Numbered from the stretch's first letter, positions 12,096 to 23,328 are shown. The stretch is 64,000 bases of DNA from Nemertoderma westbladi (GCA_032718475.1 JAUCBJ010008828.1:18172-82171); one strand, 5' to 3'. Numbers and translations are program-made. Notes: a model not told the origin generated them from the letters alone.

Positions 12096-14631
12096 CTATC
12101 TGTTCCTCCGGGGGTAGTTCCCCCTAGCGTCCTCTTCCCTGGGCCGCTTCTTGGTTATCACCGTTCCTCTGGCATCATCCGCTTTCTGCTTTCGGACCTT
12201 CGCCGCCACTTCCTTGCTGATCCCGGTCGTTGGCTCCTTGGGCGCTGGTGTTATTAGTGCCCGATATCGCTTCGCCGGTGGCCCCTCAGAATGGCCCGGT
12301 TGTCTCCCTCTAGTGGCGTCCCATAGGATCATTTTCATTGCCTTTGGTACGTGCTCCGCCAAGAAATCCCTAAACTCCCTTCGGTTCTCTGGCGTCCACC
12401 TGTCCAGATACCTTTGCGTGTTCATCACTCCAGCGTACGACGCCGCCGTTGCTACCTCTTGGTAGGTAAACGGTAGCCTCCGCTTTATGATTTCCATGTG
12501 AGTCTCCTGATTGATAAGGAAGAAACCCCACTTAAACTCCTGGGCCTTCATGCGCTGGCGCGTCATGGCCCCGACGTCGGCCCACTCCTCGAATCTTGTG
12601 AACTTCTCCTCGTCGTTCATCCAGTCGCACTCGCGTCCGTAGTGTCCCCGAAAGTGGCACTTTGGACATCGGTTATGCAACCGTGGACACGCCCCCATCC
12701 TGTGGCTTGGTTCTCTGCAGTAGAGACAAAAGGTTCCCTGTTGGAACCGGTATAGACAGCTGCTTTCCCGATGGGTCCGTCTCCCACAGTAATCGCAGCC
12801 GAGTACCAATGTCTCCCGTCCCACCTCGTCTTTCGTCCCAAGCGATCTCCGCGGTCTGTGGAGTCGCTGGTAGGCGAATTTCTCTACGTTGGTCTCCCTG
12901 TCTACGTCGATCTCTCCGCCCCTCTCGGGCATCGTCTCCCCGAATACTATCCGTGGTGCCGTCCCCGGTTGCTCGCCCAACCTGATGGTGCTCCCCGCGA
13001 AATCCATCGCCGGCTCCTCGTGCACCCAGGTCCGCTTGCCGGATCTGTTCCAGAAGGCCCTTGCCCCACTGGCCGTCACCACCCTTCCGCCAACCCAGTC
13101 CGTGTCCGAGTGGCCTATCCTCTCGATGGGCGGTATCTCTCCAAACTCGTCGTCGTCGTCCTCCTCTTCTGGTAGTGTCTCCAATCCCGGTATCCCGATG
13201 GATCCACTATGTCCCTTCCCGCCTTGGCTCTCGCCCGTAGCTCTCCATCCCTCTAGCTCCCTTAACTTCCTTGGCGGTTGGTCGCCCTCGGCGCCCGCTG
13301 GTATGGGCATCGTTCGCAACCCCGACGTCGACTGTTTCGGCGATCCCACCGTCCATCCCAATTCTCGCCCTAGAGACTCCCCCGAACTCCCTGACGAAGT
13401 CCAATGAAGTTCGTCTAGGCCCGCCTGTTCCTCGAAGCCGTAACTCTGTGTCCTGGCCTCCTCTTCCCTCTCCTCTGCTTCTATCCTCTCCCGTCTAGCG
13501 ACTTCTTCCAGTCGCTTTGCTTCTCGTCTATCCGTCTCTAACTGCTCCCATCTCTGATACGGTGTATCTGTCTCCCCGTCTACCAGATGTCGGCTGTTGT
13601 AATACACCGACTCGCCCTTCAGCCCCGGGTGGTCTACCAGACCGTCAAAGGCCACTTTAAAGGCTCTCCTGTAGCTTAGGGGTGATCCCGATAACAGAAA
13701 TGCCCCTGGTTCCCTCTCGATAATCACGGTCATGAATAAGTTAAGCAAACTTATCATCATCCAGTCCTCCTGCAGGATATATCGCTTCTGATATACCTTT
13801 ATCGCTCCCCTGCGGAACTGATATACCTCCTGCTTTCCCGGTCTCGCTCCCCACTTTAGCGAGTTCGCTAGTTCTGCCCCGTATTCTTCCCTAAACTTCC
13901 CCCAGGAATACGAGCCCCAATAATTGGCCCATCGCCACCGCCCCGCATTGGCCTGTGTTTTCGACTACCCCCAATCCATCCGGTGCCGTCATAGCCATAA
14001 AGACTTTCTGCATATCCAGGAGGTTGGTGGCGTCCGGACCGATGATCCTCTCCGCGTCCTCGCGAATCGCCGATCCCACTTTCGTCGTCGACTTCTCTCT
14101 TACTAAGACTTGTACCGCTTTCGGTAATCGGTCTAATTTCGGCCCGTCCTTCTTCCCATACGTCCCTAGGTCGAATAAGAAGATGTCCCCATTTGGCGCG
14201 GCCAAATGTAGGAGTATGGTCCTGGCCGACCCTGCCGTTCCTCGTCTCGAACCCGCTTCGTCTTCCACGGTTCCCTCGTCATCTAGGATCATATATCCTC
14301 CTCTGTTGACGGACTCTATGAATCTTTTCCAGTCCTTCCTCGGTGATTCCCTCGGGTATTTCGGAATCCCGAACTTCGCCTCGTCCCCTTTCACCACGTA
14401 GTGGAAGTGTTGGAAGATCGCGTTGTCTAGCGACGGGGTCCCGTAGGTCCCGACCAGCCGCTGTTCGTGCGCCTCCCGGAAGTGATCCTGCAGCGCTCGT
14501 GCCGCGTGACCCCTTTCCAACCTCTCGTAGTATCCTCTCGTCTTCTCTTCCGGATGTCTCTAGGTGAAATCCACCAGTATCTCCTTTCCTCCTGACTCCG
14601 CCTTTCTCTTTCTGATCAACTTACTCGCCAT
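12096..14631 (-). pseudogene. Accessory ORF: DEDDy 3'-5' exonuclease + acidic/disordered linker + three CCHC zinc knuckles (one stop and one frameshift in this copy)
   Basis: ATG at 14631 (MASKLIRKRK), TAG at 14560-14562; YMILDDEG (ExoI), LLHLA..DIFLFDL, LP..VQVLV..STTKVGSAIRED (ExoII), LLDMQ; frameshift near 13890-13960; YQKRYILQED (ExoIII-like); CDYCGRRTHRESSC, CLYCREPSHRMGAC, CPKCHFRGHYGREC. Confidence 0.72.
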
Positions 14632-15119
14632 TCCGAACGTTCACTCGCTCACCTGCAAGGTGGTGCCTTACCAAGGCGCAATACAGATGAGTGATGTATC
14701 TAGGATGTTCTGTACAGTTCGATAATGGCCTACTTCTACTTAACTGCGCCTTTTAACCTAAATTATTCCTAATTAATTTTGAAGCTAGTAAATACACCCT
14801 AATTTCGATTTCTGTCCGTTACTTTTATTATGTTCTAGAATAGCTTCCCTTGTGTTGCCACTATTTTACAATTTTCAGCCCTATTCTATTTATTTATTTA
14901 TTTACTTTGATTCTACTGTCCTACTACTTGCTACTGCCTATGGATTACTCTATTCTCTAATCCACATTCTGGCCTACTCTGTGGGTCTATGCAGTACAGC
15001 AGTATACGTCGTGTGGCCACACGATTTACCCAGCTGTACTCATATGCCCCCCTCTCGCTACTAACTGCTAACTAATATCTATATCTTATATACCCCTTTT
15101 ACTTCTTACTTTCTCTCTT

Positions 15120-15725
15120 CTAACTAACGGTACTACGTACCCTCTAACTCTCTAACTAACTAACGGTACTACGTACCTTCTAACTCTCCTCTAACTATCG
15201 GTACTACGTACCCTCTAACTCTCTAACTAATGGTACTACGTACCCTCTAACTCTCTAACTAACTATCGGTACTGCGTACCCTCTAACTCTCTAACTAACT
15301 ATCGGTACTACGTACCCTCTAACTCTCTAACTAACTATCGGTACTACGTACCCCCTAACTCTTCTAACTAACTATCGGTACTACGTACCCTCTAACTCTT
15401 TAACTAACTAACTAACGGTACTTACGTACCCTCTAACTAACTCTCTAACTGGCGGTACTACGTACCTCCTAACTAACTAACTAACTAACGGTACTTACGT
15501 ACCCTCTAACTAACTCTCTAACTGGCGGTACTACGTACCTCCTAACTAACTAACTAACTAACGGTACTTACGTACCCTCTAACTAACTCTCTAACTAACT
15601 AGCGGTACCACGTACCCTCTAACTAACTTTCTAACTGGCGGTACTACGTACCTCCTAACTAACTAATTAACTAGGTACTACGTACCTTCTTACTAACTCT
15701 CTGCCTACTAACTGCGTACCTACCA
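15120..15725. repeat. Tandem array (~16 units, ~36 bp) of GGTAC-TAC-GTACC hairpins in CTAA/CTCTAA spacers
   Basis: Repeated ctaactaacggtactacgtaccctctaact between the pol stop and the accessory ORF. Confidence 0.9.
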
Positions 15726-15833
15726 TGTACTATTTTTTTATTTATTTTATTTTGTTTGTGGGAAGGGCGTCTCGCCCTCAATCCCACCCCCCTCAGTCCA
15801 AAACTTGGACGACTAAAATATCCTCTAACTTTG

Positions 15834-18800
15834 CTAAGGTGCCCCTTCTAATAGACAACATTTACCTACAGCTCTCCTGTAGGTTTTTCTGTCCTTCGCA
15901 CCTATCTTTCCACCTATCCGCACTTCTACCGATCGGACTCTTCCGTCCTCGTCGGAGTAGGTGCCTACAACTCTCGCCAACTGCCACTGGTTGTTGATGA
16001 TAGTATCATCCGTAACGATTACGAGATCTCCCTCTCTTAACTCCCTGTTCGGCTTCCTCCACTTGCTTCGCTTATGGAGTGTGGGTAGGTATTCCTCGAC
16101 CCACCTCCTCCAATACTCTGCGCTTATTGCTTTAGCGACTTTCCAACTTTGGCGGGAGTGTATGTCATCTGGGTCTACACCCCGCATATCGATGGTCGCT
16201 GGCCTTTCCATCAGGAAATGGCTAGGCGTCAGCACGTCTAATGACTCAGGGTCATCATTCTCCGGATATAGCGGTCTGCTATTAATGATCCCCTCGCACT
16301 TCGCAAGTACTGTCCGTAAGACGTCCTCAGTGACCATGTGGGTGTTCATCAGCTTCGTCATTAGACGCTTTGAACTGCCCACTAGTCTCTCGACGCATCC
16401 TAGTGTATGTGGTGCATACGGCGTCCTTCTCTCCCACTTTACTTGTCGTCGTCTCATGGCTGCCCTGACTTCTTCTCCCTCCAGGATGTCCAAGGCCTCT
16501 GCCATCTCACTCTCTGCGCCCACAAAGTTGGTGCCGTTGTCGCTGTATATCACTGCGATCGTCCCACCTTTGCGGTCCCTAAATCTTTCTAAGGCGTTAA
16601 TGAACGCTGATGCGGTTGCATCTTGGGCGAGTTCTATCCCTACCGCCCGCGTATTGTTGCATACGAAGATAATGCCGTAGCGTTTCTCCGTGTGTCGCAT
16701 CACTTTGATCTTTATCGGCCCGAACATGTCCACACCGCAATGCGTAAATGGCGGGTCGTGCTGTCTTACCCTACTCGCCGGTAGTGGTGCCATCTCCTGT
16801 ACGGCTCGCTCCTTCTTCGCTCGTCGGCAGGTCTGGCACTGCCCCACTACCGCTTTAACCTTCTTCCTTAATTGTTTGACCCAATAGGTCCTCCTTATCT
16901 CTGTGAGGGTTCGGTTGGTGCCCCCGTGCAGTATCGATTTGTGGGAGTCCCATATAATCTGGTGGACTATTGGCGATCCTGTAGGAATGATGATGGGTTT
17001 CGGTGGTACCACTATGCTGTTGTTGTATCCCACCCTAGAATTCATTACTAGAATCCCGTCGTCATTGAGTTGTGGCGACAGCGTAATCAGCTCGCTGTCC
17101 CGTCGGATGTGCTGTTGGTTACCGACGCGTTCCACCTCGTCGCCGTAGTTCTTCCGTTGTTCATAGCGGATCACTGCCTTGGCCGCTCCTTCCAGATCTA
17201 TGGTTGTCCTGATTTTCTTGTCCTTGCCGACTCCCGCAAGGAAATTCCCGAAGGCTCTCCAATACGCCACTAGTTTCTTGGTCTTATACCAACTAGAACT
17301 GTAGCTGAGGAGTTTATCCGTTGGGTTATCGCACAGTTCCCTTCCTGGTTGCACGTCCCTAATCTCCCTCACCATCTGGGAGTATATCTCTTCTCCCTCT
17401 GAATCTCCCTCTTCTCCTTCTGATACTACTTCCGAGCCCGGGTCCACCTTCCTCATCGGCGGCCAGGCCTCCCTATCGCTCAGAAATTGTGGCCCATGTT
17501 GCCACAATACTTCCTTCTTCAGGAAAGTGTGGCGTTCCACGCCCCTCGACAGCAAGTCCGCTGGGTTCTCGTCTGTTGGGCAGTAGTGCCACCTTTCCAG
17601 TTCTGTGCTCGCCCTTATTTCGTCCACTCTATTCGCGACGAATATCGGGTATCTCGTCTTTTCGTTGTGTAGCCAACCAAGCACTACCATGGAGTCCGTC
17701 CAGTAGTGTGTCTCCACTATGTTGGGAATAGTATCCACTAGGTAGGCTGTGGCTCTTACTCCTAGTCTCGCAGCTGTCAATTCTAACTTGGGAACAGATG
17801 CTGAATCTGGGGGCGTTGACTTTGCTTTGCTAAAGGCTAGTCTGGGCCTGTGAGCCCCCTCTCGTTGTACTAAGTAGAGTGCCGCTCCGTACGCTTCCAA
17901 CGACGCGTCGGAGAACATGTGTAGGTCCAGATTCGTCATGTTCCCATCCGGGAAATACACCCTTGGCATGTTGTATGTTCCCATCTTCTCCAAGTTTCCT
18001 GTCCACTTGCTCCACTGTCTCTTGATTTCCTCTGGTACCTCTACGTCCCACTCATCTTTCAATTTGTATACTCTCTTGAGTATCTCTTTCCCCGTGACTA
18101 ATAATGGGGATGCTAGGCCTAGGGGATCGTATATCCTTGCTATATACGATACATAGCCCCTCTTCGTGTGGATGTCTGCGCCCTCCTGGCTCAGCTGATA
18201 CTTCAGTTCGTCTGTCTTTCTATCCCACACGATTCCCAATGCCTTCTGCTGAGATTCTGTTCTCTTAATCGCCATGTCCTGCCCTTTGGCTGTTGTGGGG
18301 TTATCCATGGTCGATTCTGGTTTCCTGTCCTCTATGGCTTTGATAAATTCTTCCGAACTGGATTGGAATTTGGTCAGGTTAAAGCCGGATCCTTTTAGGA
18401 TGTCGCGAACCTCGCGCCCTGTATCCAGTATCTCCTTAACCGTATTCCCAGACTCCATTCCGTCGTCTACGTAGAAGCCACGTCGAATCATATCGACGGC
18501 TCTACCGCTGTATCTATCTTCCTTCCCCTTTACTGTGTCTCTCACTGCCATAGTCGTCGTAAATGAAGACGACTTGGCCCCCATGTTCTGTACTATCATC
18601 TTATATGCTGGTATTATCGGCGGTTCTTCTTCGCCGTTATACCATAAGAAGCGTTGACTGTCGCTATCTTCTTCCGTTACACGGACTTGGTTGAACATGC
18701 CTTCTATGTCACACGTGAAGGCGTGTTTCCCATTTCGAAATCTAAGTAACACCTCTATGCCCGAATTGTAAATGTTTGGGCCTTCTAACAGGTAGTCGTT

Positions 18801-21800
18801 TAAGCACTTTCCGTCGGTCTTTGCCGATGCGTCGACTACCATCCTTAGTTTACCTTTCTTTGGATCTAAAGCCACGTGCAGTGGCAGGTAATATGTTCTA
18901 TCCGTGTTCGGCTCGTCGACCGGTAACTCCACGGCCCATCCTTTCTCGACGTACTTCTTAATCGTCCTGTGGATGTACTCATTCTTCTCGGGGCTCCGTT
19001 TTAGTGTTTGTTTCAGCTTGCGGAGTCTCGTGAACTGTCTGAGCAGTCTTTTAAGCTGCTCCTCTGCTCCCTCATCACCCATTTCCTGCATTGTTCCCGC
19101 GAACATGCATCCTGATGTCTCCGACATCCTAAATGGTATCTTACTCTTGATTGGACCACTCAGCGTCCACCCGAATGGTGTTAATATGGCCACCGGGTCA
19201 CTCTGCTTGTCTTCGCCGAAGACCGTTTGCATTCTTTCGTGGGCTGTTGGGCAGTCCATACCTACTATGATGGATACCTTCCTAACGTCCACGTCTGGGA
19301 TTGAGAAGTCAATGTTGTCCAGGAATTTGTACTGCTCAACCTCGATGTTGGTTGGTCGCCTGGCATTGATATTAATTGACTCTATCACTTGAATGGGGTC
19401 GATTGTTGCCCCATAGTCGCATCCTGGTGCCACTGCTGCAATTGCGCACCATCCTGTTCTCATCTCCAGGATCTCATCTTTGCTAGAGATGGTTGTTACC
19501 GCCATCCTGCTTGGCCTCGTTCTCAATCCTATCTCCTCGGCCACCCATTCCTCGACTAATGTGAAGGCAGCTCCACTATCAACCAGCATTAGTGTTGTTA
19601 CTGATCGATTGCCTTCCCCGATCACTCGTACTGGTACTACTCCAAGTAGCACCGTTCCTCTCTTCTTCGCCCCTACTGTGCTCGTCGCCATCGTTTGGCC
19701 TCTCCTTTGACCAAATTTCATTGGCTTCTCTTTGCACTCCCTTGCTCTATGTCCACTCATTACACATCGCGAGCAGATTTTATTGCTGAACGCATAATCT
19801 ATCTGATCTTGCCTAGGTAGCGCCTGCCAGTACCTGCAGTTCATAGTTTGATGAAGCGCATTTGCGTGTAGCTGACATTTGCTCTTTGGGTCGTAGCCCT
19901 CTTTATACAGTGCATTGCGTATCGCAGTTGCGTTCGTACCAAAGTCCCTACTATTCTTATTGTTTGGGTTTTGCCTATTGGACGTACTGGGGTTATGTTT
20001 ATTCGTGTTATTATTATTTCCCTGTCCATTCCATGATGTTGTCTTATCCTCGGCTAGCTGTGGACTTGCAGTCCCCTGCGTCGCTGCATACGGCAATGAT
20101 TGCCTAAGTCTCGGTAATGCGTTCGATGTGTTGTGCTCTGGTTTCGGTCTATGGTAGTCTGTCTTCGGTCCCTTTCCCAGGCTGTCTTCGCTATAGACTG
20201 GGTCAGTTATTAGTTCAGCCTCGTAGTTTAAGAAGTTTGACATTTCTTCTAAACCCGGTTCCGCACCCTTCTTATCTCGAGTAGAGAAGGCGATTTTTCT
20301 CCACTTGTTGCGCAGCCAGTTTGGTAGTGCCTGCGCTATCGTGGTGATGTTGTTGGACGCATTGAGCTCGTACGGCGCGTCTAGCGTCTTCAGCACGATT
20401 AGCGCCTTTTCGACTTTGTTAGCGAACGTCTTAATGCTAACGGGATTATCCTGCAGGCCACCCGATGTTATGCCCCTCAGCGTCTGCCTGATGATCTTGG
20501 CCGGGTGCCCGTATTCCCTATCCAGTGCCCGCCATGCTGTCGTGAAGCCGCCCTCTATTCCTTGATATTGCCTCACGATGTCGTATGCTGGGCCTCCCGT
20601 GTACACTTGTAGATACTTTAGGCACTCCGCCTGCGTCAAGTTTTTTGTTAGTATTTCGTTACTATACATGCGCCGAAACTGTAGATATTCTTCCGGCCTA
20701 CTCCCATCGAATTTGAATGGTTCCACTGGTGGTAGCTCGATCCTCGTTTTCAACGCATCGATCAACGTGGCCATCCCCATTGCCTGCGCTTCCAATGGAT
20801 TCGACGGGTGCTGTATAGTTTCCCCTGTCTGGTGCGGTTCATCCGTCCTATTTCTCGATCTTCTCTGACTTGGGTATGTCATCGGGGGTAGCGGCCCCCT
20901 CCATATCTCCGTGTCACACGACTTATTCTCATCCAAGGGTCTCGTTGTTCTTGCTCCTATCAGGGTAGATTGTTGATATTGTGATGGGGGAATGTCACCC
21001 TGCCCCCCCCCCACCGGTATGTTTGGTACTGGGGTTGATGTTAATATGTTGGGGCCCATGCACCTATCCGCAATAATTCCCCCCTCCCCTGGGTATATGT
21101 TATGTCCCTGCATGCTGTAGTCATACTGCTGTGCTGGTACCGGTATAGGCCTATCAGCTTCTGGCCTACCCGCCGGTATGTATTCCGCGACTTCCGGGTT
21201 TAATCCCGTTGTCCACGCTATCCTATCGCCTACATTGCCCCTCTCAGTATGGCCTATGGTATGTGCAGTAAGGCCTACAGTATGTCCTACAGTCTGCATG
21301 TGTTGTTCGGGATCGAAGTTTATTCTTCTCGAATAATCCTCCCCGCGGCTACCGTATTCTCGATCGGTAGGTATATCCCGTCGGAAAGTTTCTCTTCGAC
21401 CCCCCTCTCTACTGTTCTCATCTTCGTACCGGTACATCGCGTACCCCTCTCTCGGCGCGTAGTGCGCCTCGCCGGGTCGCATCCCTCCGGGGCGACGGCA
21501 ATCTCCCGGAGTCCGACCCCACTGACTCTCCGTTCTCATCTCGACTATCGACGGCTCGCTATCCGTCCTCGCTCTTCTATCGTTCGCGGCGATACTTCTA
21601 CTACTGTCTTCCTTTCTTCTCCTATCAGTGGAATATTCCCGCTCGTGAGATCTCTCGTCGACCTCCCGGTTAAACCCCACTGTTCTTCTTCCTTCCTCTG
21701 ATCGGGCTCGACGCTTCATCCGCCCTCTCGCGACGTCAACCCGGCTCTCTCTGCTCGGTTGCACGCCGCTGGGGATATCCGCAATCCCCCTATTACTTTC

Positions 21801-22622
21801 CGTCGCCGGTTGTTGCGGTTTACCTATTTCGGCCCTCGCATTATCCACTGACGGCTGTGGGACACTCTCTGCACCCCCCCTTTCGCCGCTAACTTGCTGT
21901 TGTGGGGTTCTCGTAGCCCCCCCCCAATCGCCACATCTAACTTCGCTACTCCTCACCTCGCTACTATATCCCTCTCCAGTCGACACATCAACCCTACCGC
22001 GGTCGGGTCTATTCACCCCCGCTTCTCCTCCTGCTATTGCGTGGCCTTCCAGGCCCTCTACTCCCTGTCTACCAACTACGTGGCCTACCAGGCCCTCTGC
22101 TCCCTGCCTACCAACTACGTGGCCTACCAGGCCCTCTGCTCCCTGCCTACCAACTACGTGGCCTACCAGGCCCTCATCTGCCTGGCCATATACGCCCGAC
22201 GCGTTTACATTAATAGCACCCGTATTGGAAACAGAATTAATTTGTCCGTTTGAAATAAAATCACTTGGATTATCTTGCGCGACTACACTATCTGAATTAT
22301 TTTGTAAATTCGGGCTCGCTGAATTATTTAAGTTATTTAGATTATTTTGTGTTATTGCATTACTTAAATTATTTTCTAAGTTCGAATTTCGGTTATTACT
22401 TTGATTAATTGGATTATTTTGCGTAGCTACATTAACATTAGAATTATTTTCTACACTAATATTAGGAATGTTCTTATTTAAATTTAAATTACTACCACTA
22501 GGTAAAGTATTGCCTGCAATAAAGGTTTGATTAGAATTGTCCCATACGGTACTATTAATATTAACCACGTCTACTGTACCATTATCATTATTACCCCCCC
22601 CCCCCCGCCCGTACGGTCGCAC
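15834..22622 (-). CDS. pol: BEL/Pao Gag-Pol polyprotein (Gag with zinc knuckles, aspartic protease, RT, RNase H, integrase)
   Basis: KFDG gag core, CSRCVMSGHRAREC, LVDSGA, DIEGMFNQV, FYVDD, FSDAS, WTDS, NPADLLSRG, HCGVDMFGP, SDNGTNFVGA, WRRWVEEYLPTL..RSKW. Confidence 0.95.
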   Translation of the reverse strand: MRPYGRGGGGNNDNGTVDVVNINSTVWDNSNQTFIAGNTLPSGSNLNLNKNIPNISVENNSNVNVATQNNPINQSNNRNSNLENNLSNAITQNNLNNLNNSASPNLQNNSDSVVAQDNPSDFISNGQINSVSNTGAINVNASGVYGQADEGLVGHVVGRQGAEGLVGHVVGRQGAEGLVGHVVGRQGVEGLEGHAIAGGEAGVNRPDRGRVDVSTGEGYSSEVRSSEVRCGDWGGATRTPQQQVSGERGGAESVPQPSVDNARAEIGKPQQPATESNRGIADIPSGVQPSRESRVDVARGRMKRRARSEEGRRTVGFNREVDERSHEREYSTDRRRKEDSSRSIAANDRRARTDSEPSIVEMRTESQWGRTPGDCRRPGGMRPGEAHYAPREGYAMYRYEDENSREGGRRETFRRDIPTDREYGSRGEDYSRRINFDPEQHMQTVGHTVGLTAHTIGHTERGNVGDRIAWTTGLNPEVAEYIPAGRPEADRPIPVPAQQYDYSMQGHNIYPGEGGIIADRCMGPNILTSTPVPNIPVGGGQGDIPPSQYQQSTLIGARTTRPLDENKSCDTEIWRGPLPPMTYPSQRRSRNRTDEPHQTGETIQHPSNPLEAQAMGMATLIDALKTRIELPPVEPFKFDGSRPEEYLQFRRMYSNEILTKNLTQAECLKYLQVYTGGPAYDIVRQYQGIEGGFTTAWRALDREYGHPAKIIRQTLRGITSGGLQDNPVSIKTFANKVEKALIVLKTLDAPYELNASNNITTIAQALPNWLRNKWRKIAFSTRDKKGAEPGLEEMSNFLNYEAELITDPVYSEDSLGKGPKTDYHRPKPEHNTSNALPRLRQSLPYAATQGTASPQLAEDKTTSWNGQGNNNNTNKHNPSTSNRQNPNNKNSRDFGTNATAIRNALYKEGYDPKSKCQLHANALHQTMNCRYWQALPRQDQIDYAFSNKICSRCVMSGHRARECKEKPMKFGQRRGQTMATSTVGAKKRGTVLLGVVPVRVIGEGNRSVTTLMLVDSGAAFTLVEEWVAEEIGLRTRPSRMAVTTISSKDEILEMRTGWCAIAAVAPGCDYGATIDPIQVIESININARRPTNIEVEQYKFLDNIDFSIPDVDVRKVSIIVGMDCPTAHERMQTVFGEDKQSDPVAILTPFGWTLSGPIKSKIPFRMSETSGCMFAGTMQEMGDEGAEEQLKRLLRQFTRLRKLKQTLKRSPEKNEYIHRTIKKYVEKGWAVELPVDEPNTDRTYYLPLHVALDPKKGKLRMVVDASAKTDGKCLNDYLLEGPNIYNSGIEVLLRFRNGKHAFTCDIEGMFNQVRVTEEDSDSQRFLWYNGEEEPPIIPAYKMIVQNMGAKSSSFTTTMAVRDTVKGKEDRYSGRAVDMIRRGFYVDDGMESGNTVKEILDTGREVRDILKGSGFNLTKFQSSSEEFIKAIEDRKPESTMDNPTTAKGQDMAIKRTESQQKALGIVWDRKTDELKYQLSQEGADIHTKRGYVSYIARIYDPLGLASPLLVTGKEILKRVYKLKDEWDVEVPEEIKRQWSKWTGNLEKMGTYNMPRVYFPDGNMTNLDLHMFSDASLEAYGAALYLVQREGAHRPRLAFSKAKSTPPDSASVPKLELTAARLGVRATAYLVDTIPNIVETHYWTDSMVVLGWLHNEKTRYPIFVANRVDEIRASTELERWHYCPTDENPADLLSRGVERHTFLKKEVLWQHGPQFLSDREAWPPMRKVDPGSEVVSEGEEGDSEGEEIYSQMVREIRDVQPGRELCDNPTDKLLSYSSSWYKTKKLVAYWRAFGNFLAGVGKDKKIRTTIDLEGAAKAVIRYEQRKNYGDEVERVGNQQHIRRDSELITLSPQLNDDGILVMNSRVGYNNSIVVPPKPIIIPTGSPIVHQIIWDSHKSILHGGTNRTLTEIRRTYWVKQLRKKVKAVVGQCQTCRRAKKERAVQEMAPLPASRVRQHDPPFTHCGVDMFGPIKIKVMRHTEKRYGIIFVCNNTRAVGIELAQDATASAFINALERFRDRKGGTIAVIYSDNGTNFVGAESEMAEALDILEGEEVRAAMRRRQVKWERRTPYAPHTLGCVERLVGSSKRLMTKLMNTHMVTEDVLRTVLAKCEGIINSRPLYPENDDPESLDVLTPSHFLMERPATIDMRGVDPDDIHSRQSWKVAKAISAEYWRRWVEEYLPTLHKRSKWRKPNRELREGDLVIVTDDTIINNQWQLARVVGTYSDEDGRVRSVEVRIGGKIGAKDRKTYRRAVGKCCLLEGAP

Positions 22623-23293
22623 CAGTTTTGAGTCTGTCGTGCGGTCCCTGTCAGTGGGGTATCAATAAATGTATCTACGGCCCCCGGCTCCCCAAAAATA
22701 CTCGAGCCGGCCCCGCTTTCAGACGGCGACGCTCGCACCAGTTGCAGCTCGTGCGCCCGTCTAATCTTATCTTCCGCAAGCACACTCTGGCGTCTCTTTA
22801 ATTCCTTGTGCTCTCGTTCAGCCTCTGCCATTCTCCTCTCACACTCCTGGGTGTCCCGGGCGGCCGACTCCGCTACACTCCTAATGCTCTCCCTTCGTCT
22901 CACCTCGCGCTCCTTGCGTTCCTTTTCCCTTCTCGCCTCATGTTCCTTGCGTTCCTTTTCCCTTCTCGCCTCATGTTCCTTGCGTTCCTTTTCCCTTCTC
23001 GCCTCATGTTCCTTGCGTTCCTTTTCCCTCCTCGCCTCATGTTCCTTGTGTTCCGCCTCACGCTCTTTGCGTTCCCTATCCTCCCTCGCCTCACGCTCCC
23101 TACACTCCTTTTCCTCTATTTCCTCACACTCCCTAAGGCTTCTCAAAGCCCTTTCGGCCCTCTCTCCGGTTTCTCTAATCAATGCCGCTTCCCTCGCTAA
23201 CCGCACTCTCCCCTCCTCTAACCGTTCCTCCATTTCCCTCTGACCTTGTTCTACCATGTTGAGACGGTATGCGGCACCTATCTCTCTCACCAC
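22571..23293 (-). CDS. Coiled-coil N-terminal Gag segment of element A (frameshifted from the main ORF at a poly-C run)
   Basis: Same strand, overlaps the main ORF at the homopolymer near 22594-22606; 33-bp repeat encoding HEARREKERKE. Confidence 0.6.
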   Translation of the reverse strand: MVREIGAAYRLNMVEQGQREMEERLEEGRVRLAREAALIRETGERAERALRSLRECEEIEEKECREREAREDRERKEREAEHKEHEARREKERKEHEARREKERKEHEARREKERKEHEARREKERKEREVRRRESIRSVAESAARDTQECERRMAEAEREHKELKRRQSVLAEDKIRRAHELQLVRASPSESGAGSSIFGEPGAVDTFIDTPLTGTARQTQNWCDRTGGGGGVIMIMVQ

Positions 23294-23328
23294 TCTTTCT
23301 TTCGCGGAGGATGTAGCAGACTTATCGG

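Noticed and set aside
12096-13760. env gene in element A
   Set aside because: No signal peptide, fusion-protein pattern or TM anchor; it has nuclease and zinc-knuckle motifs instead
15120-15725. CRISPR-like palindromic repeat array
   Set aside because: Spacers are low-complexity CTAA variants rather than unique sequences; no cas genes; eukaryotic retroelement context
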